DNA of 32,000 nucleotides, taken from NCBI GenBank assembly GCA_020025775.1, contig JAHHRN010000003.1, positions 27,848 to 59,847 of the forward strand. The letters are read 5' to 3'. The notes below the pieces were generated by a model. It saw only the letters and a program-made list of their open reading frames with translations. It searched no databases and was not told the origin of the DNA. This DNA is from Acutalibacter sp. Its GTDB lineage: Bacteria; Bacillota; Clostridia; Oscillospirales; Acutalibacteraceae. Of this stretch, positions 1-9,781 are shown piece after piece; within the stretch, counting starts at the first letter, position 1; each line of letters opens with the position of its first letter. The translations under genes were made by a program, and so were the position numbers.

Positions 1-1079
1 TGCTCCGCTGTAAAAAGCGGTATCTCTGCAATTTTTTCGGCAGAAGCATAAAAAACCACTTTACCTACAGCTTTATCTTTTTCTATCGGCGCATATAAAA
101 AACGGGATTTATATACTTTCCAAGATAGCGTGCGACTATCTTTTACATAAGGTAACCGAAACGGCGTTTTGGAATAAAGCGCTATTTCATCTTGTGTTCC
201 GCCAACAACAGGTACAGAAAGTGCCTTCTTATCTATAGGAAATTCTTCCCATTTTGCAAGAGAAAATCCATAGTCAAAGAGCTTTTTGTGGTCCTCCCAA
301 TCATTGGGCGCATTTAAGGTCACACAAATTAGACCTATCCCGTCTCGCTCTGCCGCAGAAACCAAACAGCGACCGCTTTTCTTTGTAAAGCCGGTTTTTA
401 CGCCAACCGTACCGTCATACTGCTTTAAAAGCTTATTATGGTTTTTGAGCGTTCTCTTATAGGGCGGATTCCCATACATCACCTGCATAGAAGCTTTAGA
501 GCAAATGGCTTTAAACTGCGGGTTTGAAAGCGCATAGGAAGCCAATTTCGCCATATCATAGGCTGTAGAATAATGCCCCTCTGCATCCAAACCGGAAACC
601 GAAGCAAAGTGTGTATTATCTAAATGTAAATCCTTTGCCTTTTGGTTCATGGATTCCAAAAACGGTTCTATACCGCCCGATACTGCATAAGCCGTTGCCT
701 GTGCGGCATCGTTGCCGGATTGCAAAAGCATTCCGCAAACCAAGGTTTCTAAAGTAAGTCTGTCACCGGGCAGAAGCCCCATTGAACTGCCCTCCACCTG
801 CACCATGTGAGGCTCCATGCAAAATTCCTGCCTTTGCTTTCCACTTTCCAGCGCCACGATAGAGGTCATGATTTTTGTTGTGCTCGCCATCGGTAATTTT
901 TCATTCTCGTTTTTGGCATACAGTATTTCTCCTGTTTGTGAAAGCATGAGTACAGCTGCCTTTGCAGAAATATCCTTTGGACATTCTAAAGGCTCTGCAG
1001 AAGCTTTAACGGGAAGTAAGAAGGAAAAAATACCGATAAATAGCAAAACAAAAAAGAACTGTTTATACAAATCAACCAC
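1..1079 (-). CDS. D-alanyl-D-alanine carboxypeptidase (peptidase S11, PBP5/DacB/DacF-like); C-terminus lies beyond the left window edge
   Basis: Absent from the ORF track because there is no stop in the window. Manual minus-strand translation gives VVDLYKQFFFVLLFIGIFSFLLPVKASA (signal peptide), KLPMASTTKIMT (SxxK), LLQSGNDAA (SxN) and VGVKTGFT (KTG). Start is GTG at 1079 or the in-frame TTG at 1070, which follows AGGTGG. Confidence 0.85.
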   Translation of the reverse strand, partial: MVDLYKQFFFVLLFIGIFSFLLPVKASAEPLECPKDISAKAAVLMLSQTGEILYAKNENEKLPMASTTKIMTSIVALESGKQRQEFCMEPHMVQVEGSSMGLLPGDRLTLETLVCGMLLQSGNDAAQATAYAVSGGIEPFLESMNQKAKDLHLDNTHFASVSGLDAEGHYSTAYDMAKLASYALSNPQFKAICSKASMQVMYGNPPYKRTLKNHNKLLKQYDGTVGVKTGFTKKSGRCLVSAAERDGIGLICVTLNAPNDWEDHKKLFDYGFSLAKWEEFPIDKKALSVPVVGGTQDEIALYSKTPFRLPYVKDSRTLSWKVYKSRFLYAPIEKDKAVGKVVFYASAEKIAEIPLFTAE

Positions 1080-1128
1080 CTGCCATATTAGAAAATATGC
1101 AGGCGGTGATTTGTTTAGTAGATGAAAT

Positions 1129-1572
1129 TTATTTCAGAAGCTCTTCCATGGTTTCTGCTACAACAGCGTCATCCTTAGCCTGTGCTTCTTTCTTTTCTTT
1201 GTCTTTCTTTGCCTTGTTGACAACAGAAGTAACCTTGTCAAACATTTCGGGAACAAGGTTAACCACTCTCTCAGCAGCATTGTCAAATGCAGTGATGTGC
1301 TTAATGGTTACTTCGCCGTCGGAAATAACTAAAAATGCAACTGGAGTGATTGTAACGCCGGCACCGCCGCCGCCACCAAAAATCTGCTGATTGGACTTGG
1401 ACGGGAAATCGGAACCGCCGGAAGCAAAGCCGTAAGTAACTTTGGATACCGGGATAATGGTTACATTTTCCTCTACCTGCATCGGATCACCGATGATTGT
1501 GCTAACGCTAACAAGGTTCTTTACCTTTTCGATTGTAGTTTCTAAGATGCCTGCTGCTGATTGTTCTTTCAT
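1129..1572 (-). CDS. ytfJ: GerW/YtfJ-family sporulation protein
   Basis: 147 aa. Has the family-typical IGDP..IIPVSKV..GFASGGSDF and FGGGGGAGVTITPVAFLVI glycine-rich core. ATG overlaps the upstream stop (ATGA at 1569-1572). Confidence 0.8.
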   Translation of the reverse strand: MKEQSAAGILETTIEKVKNLVSVSTIIGDPMQVEENVTIIPVSKVTYGFASGGSDFPSKSNQQIFGGGGGAGVTITPVAFLVISDGEVTIKHITAFDNAAERVVNLVPEMFDKVTSVVNKAKKDKEKKEAQAKDDAVVAETMEELLK

Positions 1573-2273
1573 AAATTCGCACCGCCTTCATTAATTTTGG
1601 GTTCTGTTATATTTTCATCGGTTTTTTGAGGTTTTGCATTTAAAACCTTTAAAACCACTTTAAACAGCATTCTCACTGCCAAAGCTATTGCGGCATTGAC
1701 CAAGAAAATAGGACGTACAGAACAGGAAAATGCAAATTGCGCTGTGCTGTAAGAACCTATAAAATCGGGCTCTACCTCAACATCGTATTTTTTTACTTTC
1801 AAATTGGAACAGATATAGCCCATTGCCGGGAAAATACTCTGGCAGGCCTCTCCGTATTGAATTGCCGTTTGAGCCGCATCATGGTTATGGGAAATAATGA
1901 CCCATAAATAAAGCTCATTTAAAATGAAATGTTTCTTTAGGCTTTTACCGAAAGAGCCAAGTGCATCCGCGGAATCTTTCACGAGCTGCATTACACCGTC
2001 AAAGCCTTGATTCTCATAAAAGGTCTTAAATGGGTTCGGCTTTTTGGGCTTCGGCATCTCATCGTTTTGCGGCTGTGGTGTCTCATCCTTCGGCTTTTCT
2101 TCTTTTTTCGGTTTTTCCTTTTTCGGTTTCATTGGAAAAATCGGAAATTTTAAAAACAGCCATTTTACATTTAAAATGAATTCATCTATGTATTCCGACT
2201 CTATGCAAACCGGTATGCTCAGGAGCAGCACAAAAAAAGCAATGATGCCTAAAATGATATAGAGTGCAACCAA
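1569..2273 (-). CDS. YtfI-like (DUF2953-type) membrane protein
   Basis: 234 aa with an N-terminal TM helix and a lysine/proline-rich linker. Sits directly upstream of and coupled to ytfJ, as in Bacillus ytfI-ytfJ. TTG start follows GGGAGG. Confidence 0.55.
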   Translation of the reverse strand: MVALYIILGIIAFFVLLLSIPVCIESEYIDEFILNVKWLFLKFPIFPMKPKKEKPKKEEKPKDETPQPQNDEMPKPKKPNPFKTFYENQGFDGVMQLVKDSADALGSFGKSLKKHFILNELYLWVIISHNHDAAQTAIQYGEACQSIFPAMGYICSNLKVKKYDVEVEPDFIGSYSTAQFAFSCSVRPIFLVNAAIALAVRMLFKVVLKVLNAKPQKTDENITEPKINEGGANL

Positions 2274-2317
2274 CTGACCGCCTCCCTTCCAAAATGAATT
2301 TCCTTTATTTTAAAATA

Positions 2318-2896
2318 TTATGCTTCCTCTTTGGGTTCAGTGTTTTCTTCTGCCTCTGCGTTTTCTTCCTGCTGTTCTGAAGAATGATCGGGAAGCGGCG
2401 GAAGCTCATCCAAAGAAGATATAGAAAAGCAACGCAAAAATTCCGGAGTTGTGCCGTATAGAAGCGGTCTGCCCGGCAATTCCAAACGCCCTTTTTCTTC
2501 GATTAACTGTTTTTGGCAAAGCGTAGCAATAACACCGGAGCAATCTACGCCTCGCACCTGCTCAATATAAGCTTTGGTAATGGGTTGATTGTAGGCAACC
2601 ACTGCCAAAACTTCAAATGCCGCAGGAGAAAGCGGCGCATTGCGCTTTAATTCCATGACATTACGAATTTGCGGTGCATACTTGGATTTTGAAGAAAGCT
2701 GATATTTGTCATCCAGCTTTAAAAGCGTAATACCGCTTTTTCTTTCTTCTAATGAAGCAGAAAGATTCATTAAAATCTGTTCTGCAGTTCCTTCTTCAAT
2801 TTCTAACGCCTCGGCAAGCTTTGCAAGCTCCAAGGGTTCGCCGACAGAAAATAAAACGGCTTCGGCTGCCGCCTGCAATTCACTTGCATTGACCAT
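2318..2896 (-). CDS. scpB: Segregation and condensation protein B
   Basis: 192 aa. EAVLFSVGEPL N-terminus and winged-helix pattern typical of ScpB; lies immediately after scpA. Confidence 0.9.
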   Translation of the reverse strand: MVNASELQAAAEAVLFSVGEPLELAKLAEALEIEEGTAEQILMNLSASLEERKSGITLLKLDDKYQLSSKSKYAPQIRNVMELKRNAPLSPAAFEVLAVVAYNQPITKAYIEQVRGVDCSGVIATLCQKQLIEEKGRLELPGRPLLYGTTPEFLRCFSISSLDELPPLPDHSSEQQEENAEAEENTEPKEEA

Positions 2897-2902
2897 GCAT
2901 TC

Positions 2903-3640
2903 TTACTCCCATTCTTCCGAACCAAAATTCTCGAAGTCATCTGCCAACAGCTCTACATTAGTTTGTTCCCCTTCGCCGTCAACATAAACTTTTTTTGATT
3001 TGGCTAATTCTAAAATCGCCAAAAATGTCGCAACCATATCTGAACGCGACTGCGCATCTTCAAATAACACACTGAATTTATTTTTTCGTTTCGATTTTAA
3101 TTTTGTAAAAATAGATTTTACTTTGGATTGCACCGACACAAACTTCGTTGCCACGATGCCCTTGAAAGCATCAATGGGCGGCGGTAATTTCCGCATTTTC
3201 TTGCCGACAGCATTTAAATACGCCCGAATCAATTCTTCGGCTTCATGCAATCTGGTATAGGTATGATCCACTTCAACCGGTGTAGGCTCACGAACAAAGG
3301 TGTCAAATCCTTCGGTATGCTTGGAAAGCTCCCCTGCTAAAATTTTGCAGTCTCTATATTCCAAAAGCTCTACCGTAAGCTCTTTTTTTAATTCATCGGC
3401 TTCATCATAAACCGGTAACAGAGAAACAGTCTTTATATAGACCAAACGTGCCGCCATTTCTAAGAAATCGCTGGCAACATACATATCCGCTTCCTGTACT
3501 TTTTTCACATAGTCTACATACTGCGATACAAGTTCCATAATCGGAATGTCATAGATATTCAATTTGTGCTTTGTAATGAGATGCAGTAAGAGGTCCATGG
3601 GACCTTCAAAGACATCTAAGCGATATGAAAGTTGTTCCAT
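2903..3640 (-). CDS. scpA: Segregation and condensation protein A (kleisin)
   Basis: 245 aa. LDVFEGPMDLLLHLI signature at the N-terminus. Confidence 0.9.
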   Translation of the reverse strand: MEQLSYRLDVFEGPMDLLLHLITKHKLNIYDIPIMELVSQYVDYVKKVQEADMYVASDFLEMAARLVYIKTVSLLPVYDEADELKKELTVELLEYRDCKILAGELSKHTEGFDTFVREPTPVEVDHTYTRLHEAEELIRAYLNAVGKKMRKLPPPIDAFKGIVATKFVSVQSKVKSIFTKLKSKRKNKFSVLFEDAQSRSDMVATFLAILELAKSKKVYVDGEGEQTNVELLADDFENFGSEEWE

Positions 3641-3654
3641 TCTATAATCCTAAC

Positions 3655-4329
3655 TCAGCCAAGTAATCTAAACGGGAATCCAATAACGAGATTTAAGAAA
3701 GTGTAAACTGCATGACGCAGAAAATTCAGCGGTACATCTAAGATGCCGGTAATCATAAAAAAGAATATCGCTAAAATAATATAGCGTTCATACTGCATCA
3801 TTTTAAAATAATACTTGTCCGGCACAAAGATTTGCAAAAGTCTTGAGCCGTCTAAGGGCGGAATCGGTATTAAATTAAATACGGCAAGCCCGATATTAAT
3901 CAGAGCTGCAAATTCAAAAAACGCATAAAATGCGATTGCAAACAGACCATGCATAGAGCAGGCAAGCATAATATTTTGGAACAAAATGCAAACAGCTGCA
4001 ACCAAAATATTGGAAATAGGGCCTGCAATGGCGGTAAGTGCCATACCGGTTTTCGGATTTTTAAAGTTCCGCGGATTTACAGGAACCGGTTTTGCATAGC
4101 CGACACCGACCAATACAATCATCAAAGCACCGAATTTATCAATATGTGCCATGGGATTTAAAGTCAGTCTGCCGGAAAGACGCGGTGTAGGATCGCCAAG
4201 TTTCGTTGCAACCCATGCGTGCGCCCACTCATGAATAGGCAGGGTGCAAAACACAACAAACAAGGAAGCGAAAGCACCAGCCAAAATTTGCGGAAAAGAA
4301 AATCCGCCTCTTAAAATATCAAAAAGCAT
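3655..4329 (-). CDS. Site-2 protease family (peptidase M50) membrane metalloprotease
   Basis: 224 aa polytopic protein with HEWAH (HExxH) in a TM segment and a NLIPIPPLDGSR second motif. Confidence 0.8.
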   Translation of the reverse strand: MLFDILRGGFSFPQILAGAFASLFVVFCTLPIHEWAHAWVATKLGDPTPRLSGRLTLNPMAHIDKFGALMIVLVGVGYAKPVPVNPRNFKNPKTGMALTAIAGPISNILVAAVCILFQNIMLACSMHGLFAIAFYAFFEFAALINIGLAVFNLIPIPPLDGSRLLQIFVPDKYYFKMMQYERYIILAIFFFMITGILDVPLNFLRHAVYTFLNLVIGFPFRLLG

Positions 4330-4389
4330 TCTTTACTCCTAAAAACATTTAGAACCCTTGTTTTTCTGTTTCAGGAATTCTAAAGGTTA

Positions 4390-5229
4390 TTATACATTGA
4401 TTTCTACAATTCTGTCAACTGCATTAAAGTCATAGAGGACATTTTGTTTAGCAGTGTCCCCTGCAAAAAGCGAGGAAATCTCTTTTGCTTGGTGATTTCC
4501 GCATTCAAAAAGCAAATATCCGTCTTTTTTTACACGATGGAGCCAAAGCGAACGAATCGCTCTGTAAAAGCATAATCCGTCCTCGCCGCCGTCCAGGGCT
4601 GTATGCGGTTCTCTTTGCACTTCCTGCTGAAGAACCGGTACCTCCGAAGAAGGAATATACGGCGGATTGGAAAGTAGCATATCCGCTTGTGGAAGCGTTT
4701 CATCGGGGCTTTTCAAAACATCCGCCTGAATCAGCTTTACATTTTGAACCCCTAAGGCATTTGTATTTTTTTCTAAATAAGAAAACGCCGCATCGTATTT
4801 TTCGAATAAATACACAGTACAATTCGGTCGCTCTAAGGCAACAGTTAATCCAATTGCACCGCTTCCGGCGCATAAATCATAAACAATTTGCGGAGAGTCC
4901 TTCGGTAACAGCTCCAAAGCACGTTCTACCAACTCTTCTGTTTCGGGTCTTGGAATTAAAACACCGTCACCGACCGAAAAATCTCTACCGAAGAAAGACC
5001 ACGCACCCAAAATGTATTGAAGCGGTTCGCCTTTGACGCGTCTTTCTACAAAGGATAGAAATTGAGACGCTTTAAGCTCTTCTGCCCTGTCTCCTGCGTG
5101 AACAATACGCCAGCTTTTATCTTTCCCAAAGGCTTCCGAAAAAAGCAAATCAGCGTCTACCGCGGCATCTTCTATCTGATGCGCCTGTAAGGTTAAAAGG
5201 CCCGTTTTATACAGTTCAAATACGGTCAT
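4390..5229 (-). CDS. prmC: Release-factor glutamine N5-methyltransferase
   Basis: 279 aa. SAM motif DLCAGSGAIG and catalytic NPPY. ATGA overlap with the upstream DUF1385 gene. Confidence 0.9.
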   Translation of the reverse strand: MTVFELYKTGLLTLQAHQIEDAAVDADLLFSEAFGKDKSWRIVHAGDRAEELKASQFLSFVERRVKGEPLQYILGAWSFFGRDFSVGDGVLIPRPETEELVERALELLPKDSPQIVYDLCAGSGAIGLTVALERPNCTVYLFEKYDAAFSYLEKNTNALGVQNVKLIQADVLKSPDETLPQADMLLSNPPYIPSSEVPVLQQEVQREPHTALDGGEDGLCFYRAIRSLWLHRVKKDGYLLFECGNHQAKEISSLFAGDTAKQNVLYDFNAVDRIVEINV

Positions 5230-6191
5230 TTAATTTCGTCATCCTCCGGATTATCAGTTAAAACCGCTTTAAGCGAAGCGATGCCAACCTCGATAATATC
5301 ATCTGTAGGCTCTTGTGTAGTGATTCTTTGCATCCAAAGTCCAGGAGCCGAAAGAATTTTCACAAGTAAGTTATCATGCTTTCCAGCATAACGAATAAAT
5401 TCATAGCCGATACCCATAACCAAAGGTAAAATTAAAAGCTTAATTAAAATCCACAGAAAACGGTTCATTGTGGAAATTGCAGGGAAAATCAAAACAAGCG
5501 CAGAGGAAAGCAAGATACTCAAAAGAATCATAACAAACATAAAGCTTGTGCCGCATCTGGGATGAAAGCGCCCCTGTTTTCTGACGTTTTCCACGGTAAG
5601 TTCTAAGCCGTTTTCATAGCAAAAAATAGATTTATGTTCCGCACCGTGATACATAAATACTCTGTGGATTTCTTTCATTTTGGAAACAATCAGCATATAG
5701 GTTACAAAAATGACAATACGAATCAAGCCTTCAAACAAAGGGTGATATTTTAAAAGCTGATTGCGGGTAACCAAATCCACTAAAAAGGTCGGTAGCCACA
5801 TAAAGAGTACAAAGGCTAAAGCAAAACCGAGCACGGCAGAAACAGCGCCCAAAATATTCATCATTTTTTCGCCGAAGTGGTCATTCACCCAGCGATCAAA
5901 CTTGGACATATTCGCTTCGTCTTCTTCTAAGCCTTGTGTGGATTTTTCTGCAGATTCCATTAAGTACTGATACCCTGTAACCATCGACTCTGCAAAAGCT
6001 ACAATTCCTCGAATCAGCGGTAAAGCAAGAAATTTATTTTTGTCTTTCCACGGTTTTGTTTCTTTATATTCCGTTTCGATTTCACCACTGGGCAGACGAA
6101 CAGAAAGTGCCGTTCCCTTAGGGCCTTTCATCATAACGCCTTCAATCAACGCTTGTCCACCGACAGATGTTTTGTGTACTTTTTTATCCAA
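5226..6191 (-). CDS. DUF1385 (YqhQ-like) membrane protein
   Basis: 321 aa. GGQALIEGVMMKG N-terminus and HGAEHK motif; the conserved position upstream of prmC seen in Firmicutes. TTG start follows AAAGGAG. Confidence 0.75.
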   Translation of the reverse strand: MDKKVHKTSVGGQALIEGVMMKGPKGTALSVRLPSGEIETEYKETKPWKDKNKFLALPLIRGIVAFAESMVTGYQYLMESAEKSTQGLEEDEANMSKFDRWVNDHFGEKMMNILGAVSAVLGFALAFVLFMWLPTFLVDLVTRNQLLKYHPLFEGLIRIVIFVTYMLIVSKMKEIHRVFMYHGAEHKSIFCYENGLELTVENVRKQGRFHPRCGTSFMFVMILLSILLSSALVLIFPAISTMNRFLWILIKLLILPLVMGIGYEFIRYAGKHDNLLVKILSAPGLWMQRITTQEPTDDIIEVGIASLKAVLTDNPEDDEIK

Positions 6192-6219
6192 AATTACTTT
6201 TCTCCTTTCAAAGAAGCGT

Positions 6220-7650
6220 TTATTCTATGATTTCCTGTACAGGTAAGGTAACCGTTACGGTTGTGCCGATGCCTTCTTCACTGTCGATAGAAAGATGACC
6301 CTCGTGCAAGGCTGTAATTTCTTGAACAACAGCCAAACCGATTCCGGAACCTCGTACAGAGGTATTGGCTTTATAAAATTTTTCTGTAACGTGAGGCAAA
6401 TCCGCTTTCGGGATACCGCAGCCAGTATCGCGCACTTCGATATAAATCGTATCGAATTGTGAAACATATGCGGTTAAAGTAACTTTGCCACCACTTGTGG
6501 TATATTTAAAAGCATTATCTAATATATTAACAAATACCTGTTTGATTCGGTTCTGATCACCGCGCATGCGCACTTGCTTTTCTGGTAACTTACAAATCAG
6601 TTGAATATTCTCACGCTTGGAACGTTCCGCAAAGGTTGTGACAATTTCGCGTAAAGCCGCTAACACGTCAAACGAGGCGAGACGGAGTGTCATTTTGCCG
6701 GTTTCCATTCTGGAGAAGTCTAAGAGTTCCTCAACCAATTCGGAAAGACGTTCCGATTCTTTAATAATAACTTCCAAACCTTTTTGGGTAAGTTCTGCAT
6801 CTTCAGTCGGCGCATCCATAATTGTTTCACCCCAGCCTTTAATCGCTGTTAGCGGTGTTCTAAGCTCGTGAGAAACGGTAGAGATAAACTCATTCTTTAA
6901 ACGGTCGCTCTCTTTGATTTCCGCCGCCATATTATTGATGGTTTGCGTTAACTGGTCAATTTCGTCCCCGTAGGTCCCCTCTTCAATTCTCGTATTCAAA
7001 TCGCCTTCGGAGATTCTAAGTGCCGCCTCGTTAATTTTTTTAACGGGCTGCACAATCGAACGAATGAAGAACATTCCGGACACAGTAACAAACGTTAAAA
7101 TAACTGAACAAAGTAACAAAAGAAGGAAGAAGACGGTAACCAGCTGACGGTCAATACCTTCTAAAGAAATCAGATAGCGAACCGCGCCGCGCGCTTGCCC
7201 TTGCACAGGGTTCAGCATATAAGTTAAAGACATCACGTGTTCGCCGGAGCTGGTTCTGCCCACCCAATTCGCTTTACCGTCTTTCTCGGTTTTAGCCGCA
7301 TAATAATCCGGGTATTTTTCATGCTCTACAGAGAAACCGCTAGAAGAAATAACAACATGTCCGTAGCGATCAATGACCCAAACTTCCATAATGGATTTGT
7401 CATGAAAGCTCTCAACGAAATCCTTAGCACGCAGGTTAAAAGCTTCATCACTACCGTCAGAGGAAAGTTCGAAAAAGGAATCAACCATAGTTGTGGCGCG
7501 CGAATCCAAGGTAACGCGCACCGTTTCATAATACTGGTGTTTAAAAAGGAGCAAGGCAACAATCATCAAAGCAATCAACACAAATACAATCACGAACAAG
7601 GTATTTAATACCCAACGTTTGGTAATCGTACTGTTCTTTCGTTGTGCCAA
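6220..7650 (-). CDS. Sensor histidine kinase (two TM helices, HAMP, HisKA, HATPase_c)
   Basis: 476 aa. H-box FISTVSHELRTPLT, N-box NILDNAFKY, G-boxes DTGCGI and GSGIGLA. TTG start follows GAAGGGGG. Confidence 0.9.
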   Translation of the reverse strand: MAQRKNSTITKRWVLNTLFVIVFVLIALMIVALLLFKHQYYETVRVTLDSRATTMVDSFFELSSDGSDEAFNLRAKDFVESFHDKSIMEVWVIDRYGHVVISSSGFSVEHEKYPDYYAAKTEKDGKANWVGRTSSGEHVMSLTYMLNPVQGQARGAVRYLISLEGIDRQLVTVFFLLLLLCSVILTFVTVSGMFFIRSIVQPVKKINEAALRISEGDLNTRIEEGTYGDEIDQLTQTINNMAAEIKESDRLKNEFISTVSHELRTPLTAIKGWGETIMDAPTEDAELTQKGLEVIIKESERLSELVEELLDFSRMETGKMTLRLASFDVLAALREIVTTFAERSKRENIQLICKLPEKQVRMRGDQNRIKQVFVNILDNAFKYTTSGGKVTLTAYVSQFDTIYIEVRDTGCGIPKADLPHVTEKFYKANTSVRGSGIGLAVVQEITALHEGHLSIDSEEGIGTTVTVTLPVQEIIE

Positions 7651-7670
7651 GCCTCATGCCCCCTTCTTTA

Positions 7671-8375
7671 CTAAACTATCCATTTATATCCCATACCCCA
7701 AATAGTAACAAGGTGCTTAGGCTGTGAAGGCTCATCCTCGAGCTTTGCACGGAGTCTATGAATATTTACATCGATGACCTTATCGTCGATATAATAATCG
7801 TTGCCCCACACCTCGGTTAAAATGGAACTGCGCTCCAAAACAACATTGGGATTTTTAAAAAGATACTCTAAAATTTGAAATTCGATTTGCGTAAGTTCTA
7901 TAGGCTTTTGATTTTTATATAAAATTCGTTCATTCACATTTAAAGTGAATTCCCCTAAGCTGATAGATTTACTGTCACAAACAGCTGTATTTCTTTCTTT
8001 TAAAAGGGATACACGCCGATAAACCGCATCCACTCTTGCCATGAGTTCGGAAGGAGAAAACGGCTTGGTCACATAGTCATCTGCGCCACTCATAAGTCCC
8101 GTAATCTTATCCATTTCCTGTGTTTTAGCTGTCAGTAAAATAATACCGACTTCTGGGCTTTTATGGCGAATATATTTACAGGCTTCAATGCCATCTACAA
8201 ACGGCATCATAATATCCAAAATCGCTACATCAATTTCTTTGGAAGCAAGGTCAAATTTCTCCGTAGCTTCTTTGCCGTCCGCCGCCTCAATGACCTCATA
8301 GCCACTGCGTTTTAAATTGATAATGATAAAATCGCGAATAGAGGTTTCATCTTCTGCTATCAAAACCGTTTTCAA
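7671..8375 (-). CDS. OmpR/PhoB-family response regulator
   Basis: 234 aa. Receiver domain (AEDE acidic pocket, ILDIMMP phospho-Asp context) plus a winged-helix C-terminus (IHRLRAKLE..GMGYKW). TTG start follows AAGGTGA. Confidence 0.9.
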   Translation of the reverse strand: MKTVLIAEDETSIRDFIIINLKRSGYEVIEAADGKEATEKFDLASKEIDVAILDIMMPFVDGIEACKYIRHKSPEVGIILLTAKTQEMDKITGLMSGADDYVTKPFSPSELMARVDAVYRRVSLLKERNTAVCDSKSISLGEFTLNVNERILYKNQKPIELTQIEFQILEYLFKNPNVVLERSSILTEVWGNDYYIDDKVIDVNIHRLRAKLEDEPSQPKHLVTIWGMGYKWIV

Positions 8376-8402
8376 ATTGAATCACCTTTATATCGTTTAA
8401 GT

Positions 8403-9755
8403 TTAGGTAAGAACAGAAAATCTATTTTCTAAGAAATCCTTGTCGATACCCTCTTTTTCTCCGCTTTTCGTAATGCTGTATACATAGAGTAGAGAATGGT
8501 TTTCGTTTAAAACTGCCTGATCTCTTGTATGATTTTCTTCCCACTCTGTTTTCGGAATGGTATACAGCGAAAATAAAAGTGTACCCTTCTTGCCGGATGA
8601 GGTACGTTTATAAAAAGTACAGGTGCGTGTTTGCGTATCGTATTCCACAACGAACCTGCCACTATCCCCTTTGGAGAACTCGAACATATAAGAAGACTGA
8701 TAAATCATAAGTCCGCTTCTATACTCACAAAGTTCATCCTTTGAGAACTGCAAAAATGTCGTTAACAAAAGAGGCATGCTTTCTTCGTCGGCAATCGTTA
8801 CAAAGCCGTTAATTTGCTCTGTAATCGGAATTTCTAAAATCCCGTCACCATCAATATCCAAGGTGGGTAATTGAGAAGAACGTGCCGTAGCCGGATTCTC
8901 CTGTGCATTCTCCGTAAAGAGCGGCGCTTTTAAAATACCGTCTGTTTCGTCCCAATAGATAATATCGGTAATCATAGTATTTTCGTTAATCAGTAAATCC
9001 GCAAAAATATAAGCGGGTCTTTTTTGGCTGAACTCTGCTTTTTGGCTTTGTAAGCTTTTTATTCCAACAGAAGGCGACAGCTCAACAACGCCTTTTGTGT
9101 AAATGCCGAAATTTTCATCCATAGAAAGAAGCTTACCGATAGTACGCGGCTTGGATTGATCGGACAGAATCGTTGTAATAAAGATATCGTCTGCGCCGTC
9201 ATCGTCCATATCTGTCTCAATCGTTTGCGTAAACGGCTCGCTGACCAGTTCCTGCACAGACTGCACATATTCGGTAACGTGCGGAGCATATACGGTTAAA
9301 ACCTTATTACCATGGCTTTCAAACAAAGACCAACACACAACAATTTCCGAAACACCGTCGGCATTCATGTCGCAAAAGTCGATTTTATAAACCTCACTGC
9401 CTTTACCGCGAATATCGGCAACGGACTGCCATGTGCCGTTTTGATAGTCCAGTACATGCATAAAAACGGTTGTTTCATCATTTTCATTGCTGTAAAACGT
9501 AATAGCCTCTTCTTCCCCGTCCCCGTCAATATCGAACAGCACATAGGAAGAACGCTTATCACCTGCGGTCGGCGTTTTCATTCTCACCTTTTTATCTGCA
9601 GTTGCTTTTTCAAACGCCTCCTGCACGCCGGCACTGGCACCGGACAACTTCGGAGGACGCATTAAGCTTTCTATGTTATTGAGTTTTAAAGAACATCCCG
9701 AAAACAAAAAAAGAAGGGAAAGGCAAAGAAATGAAATAGTGAATATACGTTTCAT
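8403..9755 (-). CDS. Lipoprotein with FG-GAP/VCBS-like calcium-binding repeats, function unknown
   Basis: 450 aa. Lipobox LLFLFSGC. Four DxDxDG-type motifs: DIDGDGEEEA, DMNADGVSEI, DMDDDGADDI, DIDGDGILEI. Confidence 0.6.
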   Translation of the reverse strand: MKRIFTISFLCLSLLFLFSGCSLKLNNIESLMRPPKLSGASAGVQEAFEKATADKKVRMKTPTAGDKRSSYVLFDIDGDGEEEAITFYSNENDETTVFMHVLDYQNGTWQSVADIRGKGSEVYKIDFCDMNADGVSEIVVCWSLFESHGNKVLTVYAPHVTEYVQSVQELVSEPFTQTIETDMDDDGADDIFITTILSDQSKPRTIGKLLSMDENFGIYTKGVVELSPSVGIKSLQSQKAEFSQKRPAYIFADLLINENTMITDIIYWDETDGILKAPLFTENAQENPATARSSQLPTLDIDGDGILEIPITEQINGFVTIADEESMPLLLTTFLQFSKDELCEYRSGLMIYQSSYMFEFSKGDSGRFVVEYDTQTRTCTFYKRTSSGKKGTLLFSLYTIPKTEWEENHTRDQAVLNENHSLLYVYSITKSGEKEGIDKDFLENRFSVLT

Positions 9756-9781
9756 GCTTTACCTTCCTTTCTTTTTATATT

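Noticed and set aside
817-1390. Plus-strand ORFs 817-1125 and 1097-1390
   Set aside because: Antisense to the S11 carboxypeptidase and ytfJ respectively, both of which have clear family motifs on the minus strand.
4485-5036. 183-aa plus-strand ORF inside prmC
   Set aside because: Fully antisense to prmC, whose SAM and NPPY motifs are intact. It is Arg/Pro/Lys-rich shadow-frame composition with no SD.
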